64,000 nt of DNA, from NCBI GenBank assembly GCA_965217865.1, contig CBDCJO010000002.1:3552001-3616000 (forward strand), in the 5' to 3' direction. The number at the start of each line of letters is the position of its first letter. Position 1 is the stretch's first letter. Below, one piece after another: positions 8,851 to 19,587 of the stretch. The notes beneath the pieces were generated by a model. It ran no database searches. It had not been told where the DNA came from and was given only the letters and a program-made list of their open reading frames with translations. Made by a program: the position numbers and the translations under genes. The DNA is from Candidatus Latescibacterota bacterium. GTDB taxonomy: Bacteria > Latescibacterota > UBA2968 > SICM01.

Positions 8851-9928
8851 ATGAGCAATCTTTTCACCGGTAACGCAATATTCTCACTGCGTGGTATTGT
8901 TGTATTGGCGTGTATTGTGGTGTCATCTGTCTCTGCATCTGCCGGATCCGATAGGATGCGCCGAGGCGTCTGTTGGGTCGCGGCAACCGAACCGCTCGAG
9001 TTGGATGACTTCAAACCACTATTACGAAATCATGTCAACTGGATCTCCCAAATGACGTTCGCCTGGCATCGCGATGCTCATTCACCTGAAATCATACTTA
9101 ACGTGGATTCAAATTGGTGGGGAGAAAGTGATATCGGAATCGTGCAAACGGCAAAGCTGGCCAGGCAGGTGGGCATCAAGACCCTACTGAAACCCCATGT
9201 TTGGGGCCGCCATTGGAGCGGTGACATCGAAATGGCCAGCGAAGCAGAATGGCGTCAATGGTTCGACAATTACCAACGTTTCATTTTGCACTACGCTCAA
9301 TTGGCTGATAAGGCGGATATTGAAGCATTGTGCATTGGTTCGGAACTGCAGGGAACGACGACGCGGGAGAGTGACTGGAGGGAGATCATCGCTGCTGTCA
9401 GAAAAGTATACAAAGGCTCATTGGTTCTCGCGGCAAATTGGGACAGCGAGTTTGAGCAAATCAGGTTTTGGGATGCCCTCGATTTTATCGGTATTCAGGC
9501 ATACTTTCCGGTAGCCGAGCAAGATAACCCATCGATTCCACAGCTTCTTAAGGGGTGGGCTAGTCATCTGGAACGCATACAGACTGTACACCGAGCATAT
9601 GGAAAACCAATACTGTTCACAGAAGTTGGATATCGAAGCGAGTCCAATGCAGCGATCCGCCCGTGGTATTGGGAGATGCCAAAACAGGAATCGACGGCAA
9701 ATACAAGCGGGTTCACAAAAGAGGGCTTACAGACGCAGGCCAACTGCTACGAGGCATTCTTCCAAGCCGTTTCACATGCCGAATGGCTTTCGGGTATATA
9801 TATCTGGAAGTGGTATCCACCCGACCATTGAATCAAACCGTCGATATCCCAAGCCGTTTACTCCACAGGGTAAACCTGCAGAGGAAGTTTTGAGACAATG
9901 GTATGGAACGGCCGAAATGTCAGACTGA
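8851..9928 (+). CDS. Secreted GH113-like (TIM-barrel) glycoside hydrolase with a frameshift near 9825
   Basis: Signal-like N-terminus, LLKPHVW, CIGSEL, AANWD, GIQAYFP, FTEVGY. The C-terminal FTPQGKPAEEVLRQWY is in a different frame. Confidence 0.8.
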
Positions 9929-9999
9929 TCGTCCACCGCACATAACAAGAGCATTTGTTCTGCGCGCTGAAATATACAATAATTCGAGGTTGATTAATC

Positions 10000-10407
10000 A
10001 TGATTACGGAGATCAATAAAACCATCGTCCGTCGTTACATTGACGAACTCAACCAACGCAATCTCTCTGTAATTGACGAACTGGTCGCCGAAGAACATCG
10101 TGATTTGGTGGTCCAGAGTTATACACGTAACGTGACCGCTTTTCCGGACTACGTTGTGGAAGTCGAAGAGCTGATTGCTGAAGGCGATAAAGTGGTCCTG
10201 GTATGGAACCATAAAGGAACCCATCGCGGCGATCATGATGGCATTCCCCCAACAGAGAAAGTGATTGTTGGGAGAGCCATCAGTATTTATCGGATTGTTG
10301 ATGGCAAGATTTCCAGTTCAGACGGCGTTTGGGATCAATCCGCTATTTGGCAACAATTGGGTTTGATCCCAGACACCCAGACTATCCTGAGTGCCGTCCA
10401 AAGGTAA
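10000..10407 (+). CDS. SnoaL-like ester cyclase (NTF2 fold)
   Basis: NKTIVRRYIDE, AFPDY, LIAEGDKV, GTHRG, GIPPT, DGKI motifs. Confidence 0.9.
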   Translation: MITEINKTIVRRYIDELNQRNLSVIDELVAEEHRDLVVQSYTRNVTAFPDYVVEVEELIAEGDKVVLVWNHKGTHRGDHDGIPPTEKVIVGRAISIYRIVDGKISSSDGVWDQSAIWQQLGLIPDTQTILSAVQR

Positions 10408-10548
10408 TGGACCAGATTCATTTCGGAGATTAGAGTGGTTCCACGATGTTAACTGCCATTCACGTCTCCTGAAGCGATTAGATTCTGAGAATGGTCCTGC
10501 TTACCCTATCGCCCAACCCTTTCATCCCTCCATTCACCCATCCCCAAC

Positions 10549-10664
10549 TGTTCGATATCGGACACCACTGTATCATAACCGGATACTTAACGCCCCATCA
10601 AAAATTTCAACTTAAACTAACTTATTGTAAACATTACAGAAATAATTATGGCACGCTCGTTGCA
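10549..10664 (+). promoter_or_regulatory. Sigma54 promoter with upstream palindromic activator site
   Basis: TGGCAC-N5-TTGCA at 10649-10664 and near-palindrome TGTTCGATATCGGACA at 10549-10564, separated by an AT-rich spacer. Confidence 0.75.
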
Positions 10665-10721
10665 TCTTTCTTGCTCTTGTTAGACCTCCATGCCCTGAAC
10701 CTTCAATTTGCGGGGGTTGCC

Positions 10722-13109
10722 ATGATCAAAAACTACATTATTGTCGCCATCCGCAACTTGCTGCGACAAAAACTGTACACTTTTATTCATATTTTTGGCC
10801 TGGCACTGGGCATTGCTTGTTGTCTTCTAATGGCGCTGTTCGTGAAGCACGAGTGGTCGTTCGATCAGTTTCATATAAACAAAAATCTTCTGTTTCGGGT
10901 TGTGACCCAAGAGGTCAAGCCCAACGGTGAAATAAAACAAAGCACTCTGTTTCCTCATACGATTGTAGAAACACTAAAAGACGTCTTGCCGCGGGCAAGT
11001 GCGTATATGCGCACTGAGGGTAGCTTCGATTATGGCGATCAGGAATATGGAGCATTGATTGGCCTTGTAAGTCCTGGCTTCTTGACCCTTTTCACGTTTC
11101 CACTTTTGACAGGTGACTCAGCGACGGCCTTGGATCGACCTAATGCAATGGTAATCAGTGAAACCCTTGCGCTAAAGATTTTCGGCGATGATCCATCCGA
11201 TTATAGCCACGTGTTGGGGCAGACGCTCACATCAGGAGGATTGGCATTCGAAATCACAGGCGTTGCTGTTGACGTTCCTGACGTATCCAGTCTGAGATTC
11301 GATGTGTTAACATCGGCTGACCATCACAGGCATTTTGGAGGGAATTATTCAGACGGCGGGTATGCTTCGATCTATGTACAGCTCGCAGGAAGAGAGATAC
11401 CAGGGGGAATGGATGCATCGCTCAAATCCTTTGCACATACGCACTTGAGCACGCGAATTCAGAATTTGATAGAATGGAATGTCATTCCAGACGAACAAGC
11501 TTTTACGCTCACGCTACAACCCCTGATGGATGTGTATTGGAATGCACAGATCCCGAATTCTTATGAAGCATCGGGTAACTTGGATGCTGTCTATATTCTA
11601 TGGGGACTTGCAGGGCTTGTATTGCTGATTGCGTGCAGCAATTTTACAACCCTATCGATCGCGAGCTCGGGGGACCGGGCACTCGAGGTCGGCCTACGGA
11701 AAGTATTGGGTGGAGGCCGTCATCAATTGATGACACAATTCTGGAGTGAGGCGCTGTTGTTGAGTCTTTTGGGCGTTTTGCTGGGTGTTGCCCTGGCCGA
11801 GATGTTTTTGCCCATCTTTAATGGGCTGATCCAGCGCGATCTCAATATTACGTATTTTGGATATGGATCTATCTTCCTTATTTTACTGATCATCGTGATC
11901 GCGGTCGGCCTGCTGGCCGGTAGTTATCCGGCTGCTGTACTGTCGCGCTTTCAGCCGGTGTCTGCGCTGAAAGGTGGGAAACTTATTGGAGGCCGCAGCA
12001 GGCTGACGCGCACCATCGTGATATTGCAATATACCGCGTCGATTGCGCTGATGATCTGTACGGGCGTGATGTTTGAGCAACAACACTATGTGCGCAACAA
12101 AAATCTAGGTTATGATCGGGACCAAGTCGTTGTTGTGTACGCAAAGAACAAGAAGCTTGCAGACCGTTTCAAGCATGAAATATTAAAAGATCCCCGTGTT
12201 TTAAATGCTACGATCGCTGACCGCGCTTTTACGAGCGGCTGGAACAAGACCGGCTTAAAACTGCCCGATGGAACACGTTTCTCGGTACGCGTGCTCGGGG
12301 TTGATCCCGACTATCTGTCCACGCTGAGAATTCCCCTGCTTGCAGGCCGCAACTTTTCCGAGGCACATCCATCAGATCGTGAACAAGCTGTGTTGATCAA
12401 CGAAAGCCTGGCACAAAAACTTAAAATGGATAATCCCATAGGCCGCTTGCTGCCGGGGTTTGACTGGAACGGTTTGAACCCGATCGTTATCGGGATTATA
12501 GACGATTTTCACATCGACTCGTTGCACAAAAGTATTCAGCCGCTGGTTTTGCAGATGAAACAGTTTAACAGCGGCCCGTATCTGCTCATCCGCATTCGCC
12601 CTGAAGATGTACTCGGTACGCTAGCGTTTTTAAAAACCATCTGGCAGGATGAGGACCCCAACGGGTTATTATCCCATTGGTTTCTGGATACCGCACTTGA
12701 TCGGCAATATCGCGATGAACAACGCTGGGAGCGGGTGCTCATTTATTCGGCGCTGTTTGCGATTACGATTTCTTGCCTCGGTTTGTTGGGGCTGGCGTCT
12801 CTGGCTGTGGCACGACGAACAAAGGAAGTCGGGATACGGAAGGTGCTTGGCGCATCGGTGGGACATCTGGTAGGATTACTGTCGAGGGATTTCGTAAAGC
12901 TGTTGGTTGCGGCGAATGTGATCGCGTGGCCAGTAGCATATTGGGCAATGGACAAATGGCTGACGAATTTTGCCTACCGCATCGAGCTTAAGGTTGACGT
13001 CTTTATATTAGCTGGCATGTTAGCGATTTGCATCGCTCTGTTGGCGGTGGTTCTTCAGACACTCAAGGCTGCGCGGAGAAATCCTATAGATGTCCTTCGA
13101 TATGAATGA
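10722..13109 (+). CDS. ABC transporter permease (duplicated MacB/FtsX type)
   Basis: MIKNYIIVAIRNL start, two EVG(L/I)RKVLG motifs, C-terminal NPIDVLRYE. Confidence 0.92.
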   Translation: MIKNYIIVAIRNLLRQKLYTFIHIFGLALGIACCLLMALFVKHEWSFDQFHINKNLLFRVVTQEVKPNGEIKQSTLFPHTIVETLKDVLPRASAYMRTEGSFDYGDQEYGALIGLVSPGFLTLFTFPLLTGDSATALDRPNAMVISETLALKIFGDDPSDYSHVLGQTLTSGGLAFEITGVAVDVPDVSSLRFDVLTSADHHRHFGGNYSDGGYASIYVQLAGREIPGGMDASLKSFAHTHLSTRIQNLIEWNVIPDEQAFTLTLQPLMDVYWNAQIPNSYEASGNLDAVYILWGLAGLVLLIACSNFTTLSIASSGDRALEVGLRKVLGGGRHQLMTQFWSEALLLSLLGVLLGVALAEMFLPIFNGLIQRDLNITYFGYGSIFLILLIIVIAVGLLAGSYPAAVLSRFQPVSALKGGKLIGGRSRLTRTIVILQYTASIALMICTGVMFEQQHYVRNKNLGYDRDQVVVVYAKNKKLADRFKHEILKDPRVLNATIADRAFTSGWNKTGLKLPDGTRFSVRVLGVDPDYLSTLRIPLLAGRNFSEAHPSDREQAVLINESLAQKLKMDNPIGRLLPGFDWNGLNPIVIGIIDDFHIDSLHKSIQPLVLQMKQFNSGPYLLIRIRPEDVLGTLAFLKTIWQDEDPNGLLSHWFLDTALDRQYRDEQRWERVLIYSALFAITISCLGLLGLASLAVARRTKEVGIRKVLGASVGHLVGLLSRDFVKLLVAANVIAWPVAYWAMDKWLTNFAYRIELKVDVFILAGMLAICIALLAVVLQTLKAARRNPIDVLRYE

Positions 13110-13152
13110 AAGACCAGACAAGGTGATGCCGCGTACCTGATTGAGGTGTTAA

Positions 13153-15570
13153 TCACTCATACCGCAGCGCTTCCACAGGATTGACCATCGCGGCGTTGAT
13201 GGTTCGAAAACTGACGGTTATCAAGGCGATTACCACCGTTAGAAGCCCACCTAAAACAAAGGTCCACAAACTGATATTTATCCGATAGTTGAAGTCCTGC
13301 AACCACTGATCCATTGCTAAATACCCTACAGGCCAGGCGACCAAATTGGCCATAATTGCCAGCTTCACGATATCTTTTGAAAGCAGTATAACCACGTTTG
13401 AAACCGTTGCTCCCAGCACTTTCCTGATGCCGATCTCTTTCGTGCGTTGCTGTGCCGTATAAGAGATCAGGCCGAATAAGCCGAGACATGCGACCATGAT
13501 GGCAAGGATGGAGAAGATACTGAATATGCGGCTTAGCCGTACCTCAGAACGGTATTGCCGTTCATAATCTTCATCCAAAAAGAAATAATCGAATGGCCGA
13601 TCGGGAACAAGTTGCTGCCAAATATTCTCTAACGCTGCAAGAGTCCCGGGTATATCTTCCGCGTTGATCTTGATTGCAAGATATGAAAACCAATGTGGAT
13701 TTATATGCATTAGAAAAGGCTCTACGCCGTGTTGCAAAGAGGCATGATGAAAATCTTTCACAACCCCGATGAGATGCCCTTCTTTAAAATCGCTGCCCAT
13801 ATTGGCTTGTCTGCCAATCGCTGACTCGGGTTTTCCCCATCCCAAATATTTGACGGCTGTTTCGTTCAGAATGAATGCTTCTGTTTCGTCAGTGGGAATC
13901 TCCCTTGAAAAATCCCTGCCTGCAACCAAACTTAATCCAAATGTCTCTATGTATTCATGGTCGTTGGTTTGATAAAGTAACCTTTTCGGTTCTTTGCCGG
14001 ATGGTCCTTCTATTTCGAGTTTGATGTCATCATATAAGCGCCCCGGGATGTAGGAACAAGCCGAAGCATTAAGTACATTTGCTTGTTTCAGTAATTCTGT
14101 TTTTATGGGTTCTAATCGCGCCTTGATAATTCTATTTCCTTTGAACTTGACGATAACCAACTCCTCCTTATCGAACCCAAGTTGTTGATTTCTCATATAC
14201 TCAAGTTGGTCGTAGACAACGGCAGTACTGATGATCAACACAATCGAGATGACAAACTGAAAAATGACCAATCCTTGTCGTATCCATGCTCCTTTCGACC
14301 GGGGATGTGAGGAAGCTTTCAACACCTCAACAGGTTTAAAGCGTGAAAGTGCAAACGCCGGATAACTTCCGGAAATTAAACCCACAAAGAGTGTGATAAC
14401 GATCAGACCTATAGAAATAGATCTATCGTGGAAGAGGTTTAAGTTCAGTTTTTTCTCAGCCAATTCATTAAAAGTGGGCAATGCAAGTTCGATCAGAAAA
14501 ACGGCTAAAAGCAAAGCAACAACAGTGATAAAAACTGCTTCCCCTAAAAACTGATAAATGAGCTGTCTGCGAAATGCGCCTAAAACTTTTCGAGTTCCCA
14601 CCTCTTTAACACGGTTTGCAGATCTGGCTGTCGCCAAATTCATGAAGTTAACGCACGCAATCAATATGATGAGAACGGCAATGGTAAAAAACATATAAAC
14701 ACTAACCACACTGCTGAGGGGACCCACTTCATAGGACAGATTAGAATGCAGGTAGATATCGGTTAAAGGTTGGAGAAAATGCTTAAATTTATGTCCCGTC
14801 TGGCTTTCCCACTCCCTGTTGTATTTCCCGGTTACGTCATAAATCTCTTGTCTTATGGTAGATTCAGATGCAGATTCGCCCAGCAATATATAAGTATACC
14901 CCACGAGATAAAGCCATTGATCTTGCTTTACCTTCGGGAACAGGCTTGGGAGGGTCTCAAGGGAGATGAGGAAGTCAAAAGAAAAGTGAGAATTAGATGG
15001 GATAGGATAGAGCAGACCCGTGACTTTGAGATGCAATGAGTCTTGTACGGTAAGAAATTCACCGATCGGATTCCTGCTTCCGAAGTACCTGCGAGCAAGG
15101 GGCTCCGTAAGCACAATCGATAAGGGTTCTGCAAGGGCCGTTTCAGGATCTCCTTTGAGGAGCGGAAAGGAAAATATCTTGAAAACCGATCCACCCGCAG
15201 CGTATCCCCCGTCTTCGTAAAACCGAACATTCCCGCGTTCGATATATATCCGGCCATAATCGTCAAGAGACAGAAAGCGAACCGCCTCCTCAATATCCGG
15301 AAATTCATTTAAAAGGGTTGAGGCGAGAAGCCCTGATGTCCGCGGAATATATTGGATGGGTTCATTGTTTGGGAATTGCCACTCGAGGCCAACACGGTAA
15401 ATCCGGTCAGCATTTTCATGATAGCGATCATAACTAAGCTCATCTTTCACAAACAGGAGAATGAGGACACTGGACGCTAGACCAACCGCCAATCCGAAAA
15501 TATTGATAAAAGAATACACCTTTTGTCTGAGTAAATTTCTGACAGCTATAGTCAGGAAGTTCTGGAACAT
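13153..15570 (-). CDS. ABC transporter permease (duplicated MacB/FtsX type)
   Basis: MFQNFLTIAVRNL, NFMNLATARS...EVGTRKVLGA, C-terminal NPVEALRYE. Confidence 0.92.
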   Translation of the reverse strand: MFQNFLTIAVRNLLRQKVYSFINIFGLAVGLASSVLILLFVKDELSYDRYHENADRIYRVGLEWQFPNNEPIQYIPRTSGLLASTLLNEFPDIEEAVRFLSLDDYGRIYIERGNVRFYEDGGYAAGGSVFKIFSFPLLKGDPETALAEPLSIVLTEPLARRYFGSRNPIGEFLTVQDSLHLKVTGLLYPIPSNSHFSFDFLISLETLPSLFPKVKQDQWLYLVGYTYILLGESASESTIRQEIYDVTGKYNREWESQTGHKFKHFLQPLTDIYLHSNLSYEVGPLSSVVSVYMFFTIAVLIILIACVNFMNLATARSANRVKEVGTRKVLGAFRRQLIYQFLGEAVFITVVALLLAVFLIELALPTFNELAEKKLNLNLFHDRSISIGLIVITLFVGLISGSYPAFALSRFKPVEVLKASSHPRSKGAWIRQGLVIFQFVISIVLIISTAVVYDQLEYMRNQQLGFDKEELVIVKFKGNRIIKARLEPIKTELLKQANVLNASACSYIPGRLYDDIKLEIEGPSGKEPKRLLYQTNDHEYIETFGLSLVAGRDFSREIPTDETEAFILNETAVKYLGWGKPESAIGRQANMGSDFKEGHLIGVVKDFHHASLQHGVEPFLMHINPHWFSYLAIKINAEDIPGTLAALENIWQQLVPDRPFDYFFLDEDYERQYRSEVRLSRIFSIFSILAIMVACLGLFGLISYTAQQRTKEIGIRKVLGATVSNVVILLSKDIVKLAIMANLVAWPVGYLAMDQWLQDFNYRINISLWTFVLGGLLTVVIALITVSFRTINAAMVNPVEALRYE

Positions 15571-15612
15571 ATCACCTCCCGGAACCAGGAACACTTAATC
15601 CATAAAGCTCCT

Positions 15613-16290
15613 TTAGGCAGCGGCTTCATCTTTTTCGACCCAACCATCCAAAAGGTGAATCGTCCGGCGCCCATATGAGACGTTCTTCTCCGAATGTGTG
15701 GCCTGGATAATCGTCGTCCCCTCCTGGTTCAACCTGACGAACAGTTCCATGATCTCTTCCCCTTGAGAAGAATTCAGGTTGCCCGTCGGTTCATCCGCCA
15801 GGATCAGCTTTGGGCTTGCAACCAAGGCTCGCGCTACTGCAACAAGCTGTTGCTGGCCACCGGAAAGCTGGTTGGGGAAGAGTTTCTTCTTCGCAACGAT
15901 GTTGAATCGATCCAGCATTTCTGAAACCAAACCCTTACGCTCCGATCCCTTTACCCCTTTGTACAGCAGGGGCAACTCTATATTTTCGTAGACAGTCATC
16001 TCGTCAATCAGGTGATAAGCCTGGAATACAAATCCAATGTGATGCTTGTGGAAATCCGTTCTTTGCCTCTCTTTCATCTTGTGGACGGGCTGGTCGTGAA
16101 AATGATATTCCCCTTTTGAGGGGGTATCTATCATTCCCAGAATATGGAGCAGAGTTGACTTGCCCGCCCCAGAGGGACCCATAATCGAGACAAACTCTCC
16201 CCCTTCGATTTCGAGGTCAATCCCCCTCAGGACAAAAGTCTTTACGAAACCGGACGAGTAGTATTTTTCGATCTCTTCCAGCCGGATCAT
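15613..16290 (-). CDS. ABC transporter ATP-binding protein (LolD/MacB-like)
   Basis: [26 protein letters not shown]. Confidence 0.95.
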   Translation of the reverse strand: MIRLEEIEKYYSSGFVKTFVLRGIDLEIEGGEFVSIMGPSGAGKSTLLHILGMIDTPSKGEYHFHDQPVHKMKERQRTDFHKHHIGFVFQAYHLIDEMTVYENIELPLLYKGVKGSERKGLVSEMLDRFNIVAKKKLFPNQLSGGQQQLVAVARALVASPKLILADEPTGNLNSSQGEEIMELFVRLNQEGTTIIQATHSEKNVSYGRRTIHLLDGWVEKDEAAA

Positions 16291-16326
16291 ATCCTGTCTC
16301 CTATTTCAAGTACTCTAGGCCTAAAA

Positions 16327-17187
16327 TAGGGAATTATATATTATTTTACCCTTGACATGCCGCCTGAAATTGCTTATATTTATATGTAAATAAAGGAGGT
16401 TATGTTATGGGAAAAGGGCCTGGAAAGTATTACAGGAAGGGGATTTCGTTATTGGACCTGACAAAACGTTTTCCGAACGACGGCATGGCGGAAGATTGGT
16501 TCGTTCGAATCCGTTGGCCTAATGGTGTTCGATGTCCGGCATGCAAGTCCAGCGACGTTCAATCACGTCCAAAAAGAAAGCCTCAACCTTACCGATGCCG
16601 GAAATGCCGCAAGGATTTCTCCATGAAAACGGGAACGTTGATGCAAGGATCAAATCTCGGGTATCAGAAATGGGCCATAGCAATTTATCTTTTTGCAACT
16701 GGAATGAAGGGTACGTCAAGCATGAAGTTGCATCGGGATCTCGGAATAACACAGAAAAGCGCATGGTACCTGGCCCATCGTATACGGGCGGCATGGACGG
16801 AAGGAAACGGAATGTTCTCCGGTCCTGTCGAAGTGGATGAAACCTATATCGGAGGGAAGGAGAAAAACAAACATTCCGGCAAGAAACTACACGCCGGTCG
16901 AGGTCCGGTTGGAAAGGCTGCCGTGGTCCCTCCCTGTGGGGGTGACGTGACCTCCTTTGACACCCTAAGATGGGGATGCCGGGCCATGTCACCATCACGC
17001 AAGAGAAATGCGGGAAAGTTCTACCTATTCGCCTGGATACGGGGAATGACCCCATACCGGGTAAAAAACGGCTATTGTATTCAGCAGAGGACCCGACATG
17101 GCGGGCTCTTGCATATATGATGGTGACAAGGGTAAGATACTACAATGGATATGCGCTGTCAAGGGTAAAATAATATATAATTCCCTA
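16327..17187 (+). mobile_element. Internally deleted IS1595-family element
   Basis: Perfect 31-bp terminal IRs (TAGGGAATTATATATTATTTTACCCTTGACA and its reverse complement) around a truncated transposase gene. Confidence 0.9.
16407..16926 (+). pseudogene. IS1595-family transposase, N-terminal half
   Basis: Zn ribbon RWPNGVRCPAC...YRCRKC, HTH SSMKLHRDLGITQKSAW, VEVDETYIGG. Similarity is lost after GKAAV. Confidence 0.88.
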
Positions 17188-17368
17188 AAGAAACTTGTGA
17201 ATGTGTTATTGATGAGACATAGGGTTCTGCGGCTCTCGTGGCCGCTGCTCTACCACCACACGGTCACATGGGCGCCCGTGCTCTTGCCCTCACCGCCGCG
17301 TATCGCACCGTCGCAGCTGCGCCTCGTCGAACAGCACGAGGTCCAGGTCGCGCCGTAGAGTCCACACA

Positions 17369-17845
17369 TTGCCGACACCGGACTGGCCAGCTCGCGCGAC
17401 CTGGATCGCCCTCTTCTCGGCAGGTATTGCAGTCCTTTCGTTTTGGAACGCGTTCATGGCGAGGCGAATCGCGAAGAGCGCCTACCTGTTGGCGGCGGAA
17501 GCTCGAGACAGAACGGCCCCGTCGCTTGAGCTTTATATTGATTTCGGCCACGTTCGGCGGCTCGCTGCCCTCGCCAGGAAATTGTTCGTCTTCCGTGTTG
17601 TGGTGACGAACTGCTCCGACGCGCAAAACTCCCTGAAGACGATTCGTCTGCTCATCGAACATCGGCGTGCCGATGGGCCACCGTCGCACCTTGAGCTGGT
17701 GTCCGACGCAACATGCGCCAAAGCCCTCGGCTTCGATGAGGGTGACGTTCTGACGGTTCCGAGCGCGATTGCGCAACGTGATGTCGTCGCGGGCACGGTG
17801 ATTCTTTCCGGCTGCTCAGGAACTCTTCGCAGAGACTCGAATTGA
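17369..17845 (+). CDS. Hypothetical protein with an N-terminal TM helix, probably frameshifted
   Basis: 158-aa ORF with hydrophobic WIALFSAGIAVLSFW; no family recognised. Confidence 0.45.
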   Translation: MPTPDWPARATWIALFSAGIAVLSFWNAFMARRIAKSAYLLAAEARDRTAPSLELYIDFGHVRRLAALARKLFVFRVVVTNCSDAQNSLKTIRLLIEHRRADGPPSHLELVSDATCAKALGFDEGDVLTVPSAIAQRDVVAGTVILSGCSGTLRRDSN

Positions 17846-18389
17846 GGCGTATACGGTCTCGCTCATCGACACGTTTGATAGGGAGTCCCTAAAGGAAGTT
17901 CTCCTCCTTCCGGAGCGACCAGTTGAAAAATAAATGGCATAGGGTGGCAGTCTCGATTCAGCATCCGGTCGAGGCCGAACCCGTCCCGGTCGTGGCTGAC
18001 GGGAGTATCGCCACAGTGGCCGTTGGGGACAGGCGGATGATCCCGCTCCTTATTCTCGACACGTCCAAACGCCCCGATATTGAGGACATGGTCAAAGCTC
18101 ACCACCACATGGGGAGTATTTCACTGGATCTGAAATATTTTTTTTAACAGCTATAGCCAAGAGCTGTAGAGTTTTCCCCCACACTTGGAACGTCTGCTGA
18201 TTAGGAGCGCTGAGGACTGACGTGTTCAAGATAGAATCTCACAATGTGGGAGGGTCGTTGTCATCTTTCGACAGGTGCACTCGTTTCACAAACCTCGGCA
18301 ATAGGCTTGCCACATAAACCGACTGCCTGAATCGCCAAATTACATTCCCCCAATTCATATTCGGATAGTTCGTCCATAGGCGCCGTGGT

Positions 18390-18710
18390 ATGAAAATTTT
18401 GGAATTGGTACTTGCTCTTGTTCTTTTCCTTCGTGTTCTGATTTTTAGGATTGTTTGTCTTCTTCTGTTCATGCTTTTCCCGGTCGCGTTATTTGGACTC
18501 GCAGCAGTCTCTTGTCTTTTTCAGGTTACTGAAACCGGATGGCATGCTCCTGAACTAGGTGTAATATACCTTGAACCACGGATTAATACGGGTTTAAAAA
18601 TCTTCTGCGCTATAATGGGTATTGGGTCTTTTGCAGTGACCGTGTTTTGTATTCATGAAAATTGGAAATTTTGGTTGGATATTTTAGAAGGTAAATTTGA
18701 TCCCGGTTAA
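18390..18710 (+). CDS. Small hypothetical membrane protein
   Basis: 106-aa ORF with two hydrophobic segments. Confidence 0.5.
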   Translation: MKILELVLALVLFLRVLIFRIVCLLLFMLFPVALFGLAAVSCLFQVTETGWHAPELGVIYLEPRINTGLKIFCAIMGIGSFAVTVFCIHENWKFWLDILEGKFDPG

Positions 18711-18924
18711 TTTGCCTACAAGCCCCAAGCCCAAGATTTTTTATCCCCAAAAACCGTCTCACTGATTCCAAGCCACCCTCCAGGCGTCCTTGTTCCACAA
18801 GTCCCTCAAATACAAGGGATTTCTCTCTCTGGTGTGACGGTGAGTGGTTAGGAAAGATTTCCGGCGTGGCGGCGTTTTGGATGGTTCAGATACCCAGGAA
18901 AGGGAGGGATAAGGAGCATCGGTA

Positions 18925-19347
18925 ATGCGACGAAAAATCCCGGTCCTTGTCTCATTGGCCTTCCTGATGATGTCCTGCGGCCTTGATAACCCTTTTAAAT
19001 CGGACCGTTATCGGACTTATCAAATCAAGGTTGACAGCATGACGGTTGCATCCCCTTTGGCGGTCTCCGATATCATGCGCGTAGGATTTCATGCCTGGAC
19101 TGGCAATGGGGGGAGATGTTCCGGGTTTTCTCATATTGACACGACGAGAATTGATCTGGTCGGGTACAAAGTGAGCGTATGGGGAAAACAAGATCTCCGT
19201 CGAGATATATTCTGTCCAAGTGGCGTGCCCAGAATGGATAATCTCATCTTATTAGAGTTTTATCCTCCTCTGAGGGTTGGTACGTGGATCTTTTTAGTGT
19301 CTCAGCCTGACGGTTCCGTTCTGAGAAAGGAGGCCGTAGTCCGATGA
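18925..19347 (+). CDS. Hypothetical lipoprotein
   Basis: RBS AAGGAG, basic-hydrophobic N-terminus ending LMMSCG (lipobox-like). Confidence 0.7.
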   Translation: MRRKIPVLVSLAFLMMSCGLDNPFKSDRYRTYQIKVDSMTVASPLAVSDIMRVGFHAWTGNGGRCSGFSHIDTTRIDLVGYKVSVWGKQDLRRDIFCPSGVPRMDNLILLEFYPPLRVGTWIFLVSQPDGSVLRKEAVVR

Positions 19348-19587
19348 TGAATGCCAAGAACTCCCTTAGTATCTCAAGGATCTTTCGATCCCTATTATGC
19401 TTTGCCGTGATTTATTTCATGCCGGCATGGTGTTCGGACATCGCTGCCTCTGACAACGCCCGACGTCCCTATGTCCCCTCACGCGAACTGCCTGCCGTTC
19501 TTCAATCGACACCCGAAGAAGTAGCCCGGGAGATACTGATGGGCGTAGCACCCGGATTCATGGACTTTCCGGAAGGCAAGATACTAG
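19344..19587 (+). pseudogene. Secreted hypothetical protein interrupted by IS1380
   Basis: ATGA overlap with the lipoprotein stop, signal-like N-terminus, and a frame running into the IS end at ACTAG. Confidence 0.55.
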
